Below are positions 55,715 to 64,000 of a stretch of DNA of 64,000 nucleotides, one piece after another (position 1 is the stretch's first letter; every line of letters begins with the position of its first letter). Below the pieces are notes generated by a model. The model ran no database searches. It was not told where the DNA came from and was given only the letters and a program-made list of their open reading frames with translations. The DNA is from an uncultured Alphaproteobacteria bacterium (GTDB taxonomy: Bacteria; Pseudomonadota; Alphaproteobacteria; RF32; CAG-239): assembly GCA_910577095.1 (NCBI GenBank), contig CAJTLY010000006.1, forward strand, positions 1,344 through 65,343. Direction: 5' to 3'. Position numbers and translations under genes: made by a program.

Positions 55715-55745
55715 AAAAAGCTCCGAAATCTTTCGGAGCTTTTTG
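55715..55745. terminator. bidirectional rho-independent terminator
   Basis: AAAAAGCTCCGAAA-TC-TTTCGGAGCTTTTT. Confidence 0.75.
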
Positions 55746-55798
55746 TTTTACGGCAGACGAGGACGCATTCAGAATGCCCTCCCCTTTCGCAACCATCC

Positions 55799-56608
55799 TC
55801 AATTAAAACGATTCGTCAGCCATTCCAGCATAATCCGATGATTGGCTTCATCAAAAAACAAACGGTTGTGGTCAACCTGTTCAGCCAGTCGGAATTGCTT
55901 GTCCGATGACGGTGCCAACTCAAACAACTCACGGCCGTGATGCGGCAGAATCAGTCGGTCACGGCTTCCGTGCACAATCAGCAACGGCCCTTCGTAAGCG
56001 GCAACGAACTTATCCGACTCCAAATGCCGGGTCAGAACCCAACCGGCCAGCGGAATCTTTTTTTCCGTCACTTCACGGTACAGAGAACGGAAAGGAGCGG
56101 CCAAAATCAATCCGTCGGGAGAACGAAGCCCGGCAACGGCGGCAGCGGGTGCCGTCCCCATTGAATAGCCGAATACGACTATCCCCTTATGCCCCGGTTG
56201 CTTTTCAAGATAATCAAAAGCGGCCACCGCATCGGCATACATATTATCCTCGCTCAGTTCGCCGCCGCTGTGGGCAAAACCGCGATATTCGGGCATCAAC
56301 ACCGAATAACCGGCCTTGCGGTATGCTTCCATCCGAGGCGCAAAAGTCGCAATCTGCCCCGCGTTGCCGTGAAAAAACAAAATGGCCGGTTTATCAGGTT
56401 CGCCTTCGGCATACCAGGCCATAACCATGCGCCCGTCCGCCGTTACCAACGGTTGTTCCCTGAATGCCGGCACCCCCGCGCTCTGCGGTCCCACATAAAA
56501 CTTATCGGGAAAAAAGATCAGATAATCCTGCACGGCATATAAACAAATTACGTATATACCCGCAAAAACGACCGCCGCCGCTGCCCATCGCGCTATTTTT
56601 TTCAACAT
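55799..56608 (-). CDS. alpha/beta hydrolase with N-terminal membrane anchor
   Basis: HGNAG oxyanion region, nucleophile elbow GYSMG, and a late D and H. Start set at ATG 56608 (MLKKIARWAAAAVVFAG). The 388-aa track ORF overlaps the divergent gene. Confidence 0.8.
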   Translation of the reverse strand: MLKKIARWAAAAVVFAGIYVICLYAVQDYLIFFPDKFYVGPQSAGVPAFREQPLVTADGRMVMAWYAEGEPDKPAILFFHGNAGQIATFAPRMEAYRKAGYSVLMPEYRGFAHSGGELSEDNMYADAVAAFDYLEKQPGHKGIVVFGYSMGTAPAAAVAGLRSPDGLILAAPFRSLYREVTEKKIPLAGWVLTRHLESDKFVAAYEGPLLIVHGSRDRLILPHHGRELFELAPSSDKQFRLAEQVDHNRLFFDEANHRIMLEWLTNRFN

Positions 56609-56693
56609 TTTTCGTCTCCGCCAGAAAAAACTTGACTTACCCCCATGGTAATGGCGTAGATTATAAACATCAATTAATTTCGGATAAGTTAAA

Positions 56694-57875
56694 ATGACTA
56701 ACAAAAATCTATATCTGAGCCGTCCGCAGCTGATTGCCGAACTCGGACGCTGCCTTGCCTGCAAAACCAAACCCTGCATGAATGCCTGTCCGGTTAACTG
56801 CAATCCGCAGGAATTCATCGCCAAAGCGATCCAAAACGATTTTGACGGCGCCGTGGAAGCCATCACCCGCAACAACCCGATGGGACAAACCTGCGGCCTG
56901 ATCTGTCCCGACAAATTTTGCATGCGCGCCTGCACCCGTTCCAACATCGACTTCCCGATCAACATCCCGCGGGTTCAGGCCACCATTTTGGAAAAATACC
57001 GCACCCCTCAAAACGCTGCTCATCCCAAACGCCCGGCCAACGGCAAAAAAATTGCCGTCGTCGGCGCCGGACCGGCCGGCATCGCCGCCGCTTCCGAACT
57101 ATCCAGGCTCGGTTACCGCATCGTTCTGTTTGAAGGATTTGAAAAAATCGGCGGTGCTCTTAATCTGATCCCCGACAACCGACTGCCGTTTGAAGTCATC
57201 GGCAAAGACTGGAGTTTTGTTAATGACCCGGGTATGATTGAACTGCATTTAAACAGCTTTGTTGAAAATCCGTCTGCATTGCTGGAACAGAATTTTGACG
57301 GAGTCATCATCGCCTCCGGCGAGCCCGACAGTATTGATCTCGGCATTGAAGGCGAACAACATACGCTCTCTTATCTCGAATATTTGCGCTACCCGGCCAA
57401 ATATGCCGCTTCCGGCAACGTTGCCGTCATCGGCGGCGGCGCGGTTGCCGTCGACTGTGCCCTGACGGCGGTCCAAAACGGTGCCGAAAATGTTGAAATG
57501 TTTGTCCGCCGCCGGGTTTCCGATATGCGGATCACCGGGGAAGAACGCCACGCATTACTTGAAGCCGGCATTGATCTGACCACCATGACCAGAATAAAGA
57601 AAATCGGCACCGACGGCAATTTCATAACTCTTTATACCAGCAAAAACCGCTTTAATCAGGGCAAACTGGAAGAAATTCCCGACACCACCATTGCCCGCCC
57701 CGGTTTCAGTCTGGTCATCAAAGCAATCGGCAGTTCTTCGGAACGCCGGTCCGATTCCGAACGCGTAATCGCCGCCGGCGACTGCAAACACGGCGGTTCG
57801 ACCATTGTCGAGGCGCTGGCTTCCGGACTCGAAGCCGCCCGTACCCTTCACCAACGGCTGTCCGTGCAGGACTGA
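56694..57875 (+). CDS. FeS/FAD NAD(P)H oxidoreductase, GltD/PreT-like (glutamate synthase small-subunit family)
   Basis: N-terminal Cys clusters (C..C...C...CP; C..C....C...C). Dinucleotide fold VVGAGPAGIAAA and a second fold VIGGGAVAVD. Confidence 0.75.
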   Translation: MTNKNLYLSRPQLIAELGRCLACKTKPCMNACPVNCNPQEFIAKAIQNDFDGAVEAITRNNPMGQTCGLICPDKFCMRACTRSNIDFPINIPRVQATILEKYRTPQNAAHPKRPANGKKIAVVGAGPAGIAAASELSRLGYRIVLFEGFEKIGGALNLIPDNRLPFEVIGKDWSFVNDPGMIELHLNSFVENPSALLEQNFDGVIIASGEPDSIDLGIEGEQHTLSYLEYLRYPAKYAASGNVAVIGGGAVAVDCALTAVQNGAENVEMFVRRRVSDMRITGEERHALLEAGIDLTTMTRIKKIGTDGNFITLYTSKNRFNQGKLEEIPDTTIARPGFSLVIKAIGSSSERRSDSERVIAAGDCKHGGSTIVEALASGLEAARTLHQRLSVQD

Positions 57876-57889
57876 CAAAGGAGACCGTC

Positions 57890-58855
57890 ATGGCCTATCA
57901 AAAAATGCATCATCTTCTGGAACTGGCTATTCGTATACAATCAGACACCGAAGGCGTTGCGATTGCGGATATCTGTCAGCAATTCGGCATTTCGCGCCGC
58001 ACCGCCGAACGTATGCTCGAATTTCTGCGCCAGAAATTTCCGCAATTGAGCGAAACCACCGGCGAAAAAGGCATAAAACGCTGGCGGCTGCCCTCCGGAA
58101 CCCTCAAAAACTACATTAACTTTTCCGCCGACGAGATTTCGGCTTTGCAAAACGCGCTGCGGCTGACGGAACAAGCCCAGCTTGAAGGCCAATCCCGCCT
58201 CCTGACCTCGATTCTTCACAAGCTGAAAGCGCTGATGGAACCGGAAACATTGTATCGTATCGAAGCCGATACCGATATTATGAATGTTTCCGAGGGATAT
58301 GCTTTTCGTCCGCTGCGGCGGCTGAACATCAATCCACGCCATGTTGACTTGTTGCGTCATGCCGTCACCGCCTGCCGCAAAGTCCGCATACGTTACAACT
58401 CCGCCAGCGGCAACCGCAACTGGCGAACCCTGCACCCGTACGCTTTTATTTATGATAAAAAGCATTATCTGATTGCCTATGCGGAAAAGAACCGCGATTT
58501 TCGTTGTTTTAATCTCGAAAATATTCTCGAATTGAAAGAAAGCAATGATTATTTTATCCGTAGACCGGATTTTGACTTGCAAAAATATTGCAGTGAAAAT
58601 TTCGGCGTTTTCCGCGATACTCCTTTTGAGGTGGAATGGCTTTTCGACGCCTCCGGCGCCGCAAAAGCCAAAAGCTATATTTTCCATCCCGGCCAGACGA
58701 TGACCGAAAACGCCGACGGCAGCCTGACTGTCTGCTTCAAAGCCGGCGGCATATTGGAAATGGACCGCCATCTTTACAGCTGGGGCAAGCACGTCCGGGT
58801 AATTAAACCGCAAAACTGGCAACAAATGGTTGAAGAGGTCAAACAACATGTCTGA
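57890..58855 (+). CDS. HTH-WYL-WCX transcriptional regulator
   Basis: N-terminal HTH (IADICQQFGISRRTAERML). WYL-domain core (VRIRY.....R.LHPYAFIYDKKHYLIAY). C-terminal WCX-like region (SWGKHVRVIKP). Confidence 0.8.
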   Translation: MAYQKMHHLLELAIRIQSDTEGVAIADICQQFGISRRTAERMLEFLRQKFPQLSETTGEKGIKRWRLPSGTLKNYINFSADEISALQNALRLTEQAQLEGQSRLLTSILHKLKALMEPETLYRIEADTDIMNVSEGYAFRPLRRLNINPRHVDLLRHAVTACRKVRIRYNSASGNRNWRTLHPYAFIYDKKHYLIAYAEKNRDFRCFNLENILELKESNDYFIRRPDFDLQKYCSENFGVFRDTPFEVEWLFDASGAAKAKSYIFHPGQTMTENADGSLTVCFKAGGILEMDRHLYSWGKHVRVIKPQNWQQMVEEVKQHV

Positions 58856-58915
58856 AACCCGCTGCACCGATATCGCCGCCAACGGCCGACGCAGCTTTTC
58901 CGACGGAGAACGTTC

Positions 58916-60178
58916 ATGAAAATATATCAAGTGGGCGGATGTGTCCGCGACCGGTTGCGGGGACAGCAGCCGCAAGACTATGACCATGTCGTGGTCGGTT
59001 CTTCGCCCGCCGAAATGCTTGAACACGGTTTTATTCAGGTGGGGCGCGATTTTCCGGTTTTTCTTCATCCCGAAACCAAACAGGAATATGCATTGGCGCG
59101 CAAAGAAATTAAAACCGGCAACCGTCACACCGATTTCAGGTTTATTTTCGATCCTTCGGTAACCTTGGAAGAAGATCTGGAACGACGCGATTTTACCTGC
59201 AACGCATTGGCGTTTGATCCTCAAACCGAGGAGATTATAGATCCTTTCGGCGGTGTCGACGATATAAAAAAGCGTATTTTACGGCATATTCACCGTGAAC
59301 ATTTCCAGGAAGACCCGTTGCGCATTTTGCGTCTGTGCCGTTTTGCCGCTCAGCTCGGTTATACCCCGGCGGCGGAAACCATGGAACTGGTTACAAAAAT
59401 GACGGCCGACGGCATGCTTGACCATCTCACCCCCGAAAGAGTCTGGAAAGAATTGGAAAAAGCGCTCCGCTTCCCCGATTTTCCGCAATTTGTCCGCGTC
59501 GCCTGTCAATGCGGCGCCCTCAAAGCGATTCTGCCCGAGGTCGAAAAGCTCTGGCAAACACCTGAACGCACCGATTATCACCCCGAAGGCAACAGCGGCG
59601 AACACACCGTGATGACACTTGAACAAGCCGCCGATACTAACGCCATGGTCCGTTTTGCCCTGTTACTGCATGATATCGGCAAAACCGTTACTCCGGCCGA
59701 GATTCTTCCATCGCACCACAATCATGAACAAAACGGCTTGCCGCTGATCAGGCAGATCTGCAAACGCCTGCGCATTCCCAACCATTATCGCGATTTTGCC
59801 CTCATCGCCTGCCGTCTCCATATGAAACTCTGCAAAATTCCCGAAATGCGTGTGGGTACGCTGGTTGACTTCTGCGAAGACCTGGTCTGCCGCGGCGTAT
59901 CGCATATGGACAATTATATTGAAGTCTGCCGCGCCGATATGCATGGCTGCAAACGGCAAATTTCTCCAGAGGAAGATGCTGTTTTCGAACAAAATGCCGC
60001 TTTGCTGCGGCAAATCGGCAAATTTCTGGCCGACATCCGCGCCGCCGATATGCCCGGCTATTCTTCCCTGCCCAAAGACCACCGTTTCGGCGAGCTTTAC
60101 CGGCAGTACCGAATCCGGCGGGTCCGCGAGTTTTTGACCGGTCTGCGGCAACAGACCGGTACATTGCCGTTATCTTAA
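58916..60178 (+). CDS. cca: multifunctional CCA-adding enzyme (class II nucleotidyltransferase with HD domain)
   Basis: MKIYQVGGCVRDRL...VGRDFPVFLHPETKQEYALAR is colinear with E. coli Cca. HD motif LLLHDIGK. Confidence 0.9.
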   Translation: MKIYQVGGCVRDRLRGQQPQDYDHVVVGSSPAEMLEHGFIQVGRDFPVFLHPETKQEYALARKEIKTGNRHTDFRFIFDPSVTLEEDLERRDFTCNALAFDPQTEEIIDPFGGVDDIKKRILRHIHREHFQEDPLRILRLCRFAAQLGYTPAAETMELVTKMTADGMLDHLTPERVWKELEKALRFPDFPQFVRVACQCGALKAILPEVEKLWQTPERTDYHPEGNSGEHTVMTLEQAADTNAMVRFALLLHDIGKTVTPAEILPSHHNHEQNGLPLIRQICKRLRIPNHYRDFALIACRLHMKLCKIPEMRVGTLVDFCEDLVCRGVSHMDNYIEVCRADMHGCKRQISPEEDAVFEQNAALLRQIGKFLADIRAADMPGYSSLPKDHRFGELYRQYRIRRVREFLTGLRQQTGTLPLS

Positions 60179-63117
60179 TTAAAAGTCCAGTTAAACCCAA
60201 GCATCAGCCGATAATCGGTTTCGGCGTTCTTTTGATGATCCGGATTAAGACGCATGTCAAATTCGGCTTTGAAGTTCATGTCTTCGTTGATTTCGCGGGC
60301 ATGATAAAGAGCAAATTTGTACTCGCGCGCCTCCGGTTTCAAACTGGCCGAAAACTGCTCCCGATAAACCCGGTCGGAGTAATTGTCACGGCCGGCCGGC
60401 AGATTGAAGCGGGCGCTGCCGCTGTAAATCCGCAGCGGCGACGATATCTGCAACCCGACTACATCGGTTTTATTATAGCGGTAATGACCGTCCAACGCAA
60501 AACTGTCACTGGCCAGACGACTGGTCTGCATCAGGTTCGAGGCCAAACGGCCGCCGTCGGTCCATCCCTGATAGTAAGCGCCGCTCAAAAACAAATTGCG
60601 CAGCGGCGACCAACTCAATTTCAAACCTGCATAATAAGTGTTGGAATCGCCGACGTCAAAACCGCCGGTACCGTTCAAACCAAGCAAGGCACCGTCTTCG
60701 TACAAGACCCCGCTCATGGCGGTAACCGTCAACCGATCGGTCGCCTGAAACGACACCGCCGAATCGAAAGCATAGGCCCGATTGTCAAAATCACGGTCAT
60801 TTTCATCGCGGCTGCCGTCATACAAACCGTTTTCACCGGTCGAAAATCCCATCGTAATGCCGAGCGAGGAAACCGGATTATAACGATTATAAACACCATA
60901 AGCCGCATTCATGGCCAAAAACGGGTTGGAGAGCGTTTTATCAAAATAGTTTTGATTATTGTAGGCGGTATTTTCGGTATAATAAAAACCGGTGGTATTT
61001 TGATTTCCCGTATATTCAACTTCCATCGTTCCCAAACCGCCGGCCGAAGTCTTCATCACCGCCGGTGCGTAAGCAAAGGCCAAATTGCCGCCCGATCGAA
61101 CGGTCTGCTTGGGCTGATAGCGCGAAAAGGCATACAGGTCGTTCTTGAAATTGCGGTCATTGTTATGAGTAGCATGGACAAACGACGCCATCGGCATCGC
61201 AAACGGACGTTTATATTTGTCAAATACGGTAACCGAGCGCGGCATTTTGGCCATCATCGCACTTTTGAAAACCGCCGGTACCGTCATTGTGGTAGCCTTT
61301 GCCAGCACACCGGCTCCGTTGACGGATTCTCCGGTCGGAACCTCGACATCGCCCTGAGGCCGCGTCGCCGCTCCGAGATTGAGCTGCCCGTGTCCGTAAA
61401 TTTCATCGACACCCGGCGCCCCTAAATCGTCGGCGGTTTCAAAAATCAACTGCACCACTTCCTGCGGCGTCATATAAGGATAAGCTCCCATCAAAAAGGC
61501 AATGCTTCCGGTCACTACCGGCGCCGCCATCGAAGTACCGTCCTTAATGCCGTAACCGCCGGTCACCGACGACATGATATCGGTACCCGGCGCGGCAATA
61601 CAATAGTCTTTCGCCGCACCGCAGGCGTTGGAATAATCCGCCAGTTCCAGCGTTTTTTCCGACGCCGAAGAACCGAGAGCAACCACGGTTACAAATAAAT
61701 TTTTCAAAGAATCTTTAAATTCGTCAAGCAACGGAATACCGTTCATGATCCCCGGCTGTTCATAACTTTCGTTGCCGGCCGAAAAAACAAAAACAACCTG
61801 GCTCTCCGCCTGATAACGGGCAGCTTCCAGCGCGTCTTTGATCGCCGATGCATGTTGTTTGATCGTCGAAGCGTTGTAGACGTCGTTGGCATCAATACCC
61901 AAACTGAAGTTGATCACTTTAGCGCCGTCGCTGATCAGTTCCTCAACCGGTACGTCCATCGGTGACATCATGTCCCAGCGGGCCGCAGTCAGCTGCGCAT
62001 TTTCAAAAGCGACGCCGTGCATATAATTGCCGTCCCGGTTAGCGGCGATAATCCCGGCAACGTGGGTTCCGTGTTGTTGCGACGGATCGCTTCCCGGATA
62101 AAATCCGATCGAGCTTTGCGACAAATTTTCCCAATCGTAACCGTCTTCATATTTGGAAGCCCAGGCATCATATTTCGCTTTGCTGCCGTCATCAATCCGG
62201 GTCAGGTAAACATCCCCTTCGCTGGTAACCAGATAAGTGACGTTTTGATAAGTGGTGCCGCCGACTTTATACGAACTTGCCCACTTCCAGCAATTGACCG
62301 AATTGCCGCTTTTGGAACAGGGACCGTAGTCAAAATTGTGCCCGGTGACCGATTTTCCCGCAAATTCGGGATGAGCGCCGTACACGCCGCTGTCAACGAT
62401 ACCGACTTTTACCGGCGCCAAACCGGATTTGAGACCGCCGGTGCCGTTTGCGGTATAAAAACGCGCATAAGCTTCCGCGGCATTGATATGACGGAGGAAA
62501 CCGCCGTCGTTATATTCGGCGTTTTTAAAATAATCGGCACTTAACGGCTGATCTTCGCCGGGATCGGGTTCGCCTTCGCCGCCGCCTTCAATAACACCGC
62601 CGCCCTCGCCGCTGCCGCCGCCTTCGCCACCGCCCGGACCGGAACCGCCCCCTTCACCGCCGCCGCTGCCTGAGTTTCCGCTGTTGCTGCCGCTGCCGCC
62701 GCCACCGCCACCGCCACCGCTGGCGGCAATCGCAACGCCCCCGCCGATCAAAACCGCAGCGCCGAGGTATGTGGTCGGGCCGACTTCCCAAACAAATTTA
62801 TCGGAACGTACCGGATGCGCCGCCGCTTCCAGTCTTTTGACACAAGCATGGTCGGGATTGGCTCCCATCTGACGAAGCAAGGCATAAGCTTTGCGGTCTT
62901 TGCGCACAATGGCGGTACAAAGCGGCGTATTTCCTCTGGCATCCGTCGCGTCAAGAGAGTAGCCGTTGCGTTTCAGGCGTTCGAGCGCAAGTTTGTTGCC
63001 AAACCGGGCATGATTATATATTGAAGCAGACAAGGCCTCGGCATCAATCGCGGCGTCTGCGGTATGCATAAAGCATACGGCAACGGCAACCATTCCCAGC
63101 AATTTACAAATTTTCAT
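60175..63117 (-). CDS. autotransporter with N-terminal ankyrin-like repeats, Gly-rich linker and subtilisin (S8) passenger
   Basis: Signal peptide MKICKLLGMVAVAVCFMHTADA. DARGNTPLCTAIVRKDRKAYALLRQMGANPDH is ankyrin-like. S8 triad motifs are VDSGV, HGTHVAGIIAA and GTSMAAP. The C-terminal beta-barrel ends LGFNWTF. Start set at ATG 63117. Confidence 0.85.
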   Translation of the reverse strand: MKICKLLGMVAVAVCFMHTADAAIDAEALSASIYNHARFGNKLALERLKRNGYSLDATDARGNTPLCTAIVRKDRKAYALLRQMGANPDHACVKRLEAAAHPVRSDKFVWEVGPTTYLGAAVLIGGGVAIAASGGGGGGGGSGSNSGNSGSGGGEGGGSGPGGGEGGGSGEGGGVIEGGGEGEPDPGEDQPLSADYFKNAEYNDGGFLRHINAAEAYARFYTANGTGGLKSGLAPVKVGIVDSGVYGAHPEFAGKSVTGHNFDYGPCSKSGNSVNCWKWASSYKVGGTTYQNVTYLVTSEGDVYLTRIDDGSKAKYDAWASKYEDGYDWENLSQSSIGFYPGSDPSQQHGTHVAGIIAANRDGNYMHGVAFENAQLTAARWDMMSPMDVPVEELISDGAKVINFSLGIDANDVYNASTIKQHASAIKDALEAARYQAESQVVFVFSAGNESYEQPGIMNGIPLLDEFKDSLKNLFVTVVALGSSASEKTLELADYSNACGAAKDYCIAAPGTDIMSSVTGGYGIKDGTSMAAPVVTGSIAFLMGAYPYMTPQEVVQLIFETADDLGAPGVDEIYGHGQLNLGAATRPQGDVEVPTGESVNGAGVLAKATTMTVPAVFKSAMMAKMPRSVTVFDKYKRPFAMPMASFVHATHNNDRNFKNDLYAFSRYQPKQTVRSGGNLAFAYAPAVMKTSAGGLGTMEVEYTGNQNTTGFYYTENTAYNNQNYFDKTLSNPFLAMNAAYGVYNRYNPVSSLGITMGFSTGENGLYDGSRDENDRDFDNRAYAFDSAVSFQATDRLTVTAMSGVLYEDGALLGLNGTGGFDVGDSNTYYAGLKLSWSPLRNLFLSGAYYQGWTDGGRLASNLMQTSRLASDSFALDGHYRYNKTDVVGLQISSPLRIYSGSARFNLPAGRDNYSDRVYREQFSASLKPEAREYKFALYHAREINEDMNFKAEFDMRLNPDHQKNAETDYRLMLGFNWTFN

Positions 63118-63157
63118 ACGGCATTCCCCAACCACTAAAATGTTTAAAAACATACTT

Positions 63158-63186
63158 ATCATAAATGACAATCGTTAAAATGTCAA
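63158..63186 (-). promoter_or_regulatory. sigma70-like promoter TTGACA-N17-TATGAT for the autotransporter gene
   Basis: The minus strand reads TTGACATTTTAACGATTGTCATTTATGAT. Confidence 0.4.
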
Positions 63187-63187
63187 A

Positions 63188-63240
63188 ATAATTCCCGGTT
63201 TCCGGGTAACGGTGCTTTAAATTGTCAAACCGGGAATTAT
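63188..63240. repeat. perfect 14-bp inverted repeat ATAATTCCCGGTTT / AAACCGGGAATTAT separated by 25 nt
   Basis: Read directly in the divergent intergenic region. Each arm is adjacent to a TGTCAAA. Confidence 0.6.
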
Positions 63241-63268
63241 ATAAGGATTAATATTTTTTAAACAGAAA

Positions 63269-63296
63269 TTGACAAATTAGAAAAAAAGATTATAGT
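63269..63296 (+). promoter_or_regulatory. sigma70-like promoter TTGACA-N16-TATAGT
   Basis: Read directly upstream of ORF 63358. Confidence 0.4.
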
Positions 63297-63357
63297 AGGT
63301 TTAAATTTTTACTAATCCGTTTATATTGCAACTATAAGTTAACGAAAGAGAAAAACC

Positions 63358-64000
63358 ATGAAAAAGTTATTTGTATTTTCCCTGCTTTTCTTTGTCGGTG
63401 CATGTGCACAGGGCTCCATCTACAAAGGTTATGATCAGGACTGCAACAGCCATTTTTATTCCGGGAAGTCCTGCCCGACCAAAAAAGAAGTCAAAAAAGA
63501 AGAACCCAGACAGCCTGAAAAAGTTTATGTATATAAAGAAAGACCGCAGCAACGTCGCATCACACTGGTTGCCCAGCGGCCCGCTTATGTCGTTCAACAA
63601 CAGGTTCCGGTAACCGCGGTTACGGTACCTGCGCCGGTAACAACGGTCACCGTTCCCGCTCCGGCACCGGCTCCGGTCGTTAACGGCTGCAACGGCTGCG
63701 CCCCGGTTGTCAGACAAACCCGTGAACCGGTTGAAGTCATTTACAAAAAAGTGACTTATACCACGGTTTACGAACCGAAAACCACTTCGACCGTTTCGTA
63801 TGAAAAAGAACCGGTTGTCAACCAAAAGGTCGTCAGCACGACTCAGGTCGTTGCCCAACCGGAAGTCAAAACCGTTGTAACCACCCAACCGCAGCAGGTA
63901 AAAACCGTTGTAACCACGACCAGCAAACCGGCTGTCGAAAAAGTGTCCTACACGATCGAGAACACCCGTGCCGCGGCACCGAGCGAACTTCTGATCGAAG
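63358..64000 (+). CDS. Pro/Val/Thr-rich repetitive lipoprotein (5' partial; runs off the window end)
   Basis: Not in the ORF track because it has no stop. Hand translation gives MKKLFVFSLLFFVGA|CAQGS (lipobox), then VPVTAVTVPAPVTTVTVPAPAPAPVV and the repeated VKTVVTT units. The frame is open to 64000. Confidence 0.65.
   Translation, partial: MKKLFVFSLLFFVGACAQGSIYKGYDQDCNSHFYSGKSCPTKKEVKKEEPRQPEKVYVYKERPQQRRITLVAQRPAYVVQQQVPVTAVTVPAPVTTVTVPAPAPAPVVNGCNGCAPVVRQTREPVEVIYKKVTYTTVYEPKTTSTVSYEKEPVVNQKVVSTTQVVAQPEVKTVVTTQPQQVKTVVTTTSKPAVEKVSYTIENTRAAAPSELLIE

Noticed and set aside
56609-56965. The 388-aa track ORF extends the alpha/beta hydrolase by 119 N-terminal codons.
   Set aside because: The extension overlaps the divergent GltD-like gene and its promoter region and has no hydrolase similarity. 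The internal ATG at 56608 gives a typical TM-anchored N-terminus.
58916-60178. The nucleotidyltransferase next to a WYL regulator could be a CBASS-like CD-NTase or another defence nucleotidyltransferase.
   Set aside because: It is colinear over its full length with E. coli multifunctional Cca, including the GG.VRD head, the RDF motif and the HD domain (HDIGK). It is therefore a housekeeping CCA-adding enzyme.
62540-62740. Repetitive GGN/GCC-rich DNA that looks at first like a tandem or CRISPR-like repeat array.
   Set aside because: It lies in frame within the autotransporter gene and encodes the Gly/Ser/Glu linker. There are no regular repeat-spacer units. I saw no CRISPR array anywhere in the window.

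Overview
The window reads as mostly core chromosome of a probable small-genome alphaproteobacterium. That inference rests on several points. The F0 ATP-synthase operon is split off as atpI-B-E-F'-F with both b and b' subunits. The order pal-cpoB-tilS-ftsH-glmM is present, anmK and tyrS are divergent, uvrC-pgsA are adjacent, and there is a CarD/CdnL regulator and a pyruvate phosphate dikinase. About 45 housekeeping genes can be called from motifs I recognise. Three genes are missing from the ORF track: lptG and a lipoprotein gene, each truncated by a window edge, and the 55-codon rpmG. I saw no rRNA, tRNA, CRISPR array, transposase, integrase, reverse transcriptase or canonical defence gene. 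Scattered through the core are about 20 lineage-specific ORFs. Most are monocistronic cassettes with a near-consensus TTGACA-N16/17-TAnnnT promoter and their own hairpin terminator. The leads worth a second look are listed below, and none is a demonstrated system.

- **Shared promoter box:** a near-identical element, TTGAC(A/T)-N0-1-TTTTGTCTAA, sits in the promoters of unrelated ORFans at about 20.1, 26.7 and 46.0 kb, with weaker copies elsewhere. This may mark a dispersed regulon.
- **19.7-22.5 kb module:** it holds a protein of about 536 aa with a C-terminal HH...NN...H (HNH/AHH-like) nuclease motif, followed by an atypical UDG-superfamily gene.
- **Insertion in rsfS-rlmH:** a two-gene insertion splits this normally adjacent pair. 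It carries a Cys-rich ORFan and an AT-rich P-loop kinase-like gene.
- **Paralog trio:** three paralogous ORFans sit where tolB normally lies, upstream of pal.
- **Candidate RNA elements:** two structured elements at 3.77-3.94 kb and 13.35-13.51 kb.
- **Unusual protein architectures:** an ankyrin-S8 protease autotransporter, PgsA with a Lys-rich tail, and PPDK with a CCC tail.

All homology calls come from my recollection of family motifs, and hairpin and promoter coordinates were derived by hand. Every novelty claim is a hypothesis that needs database searches.
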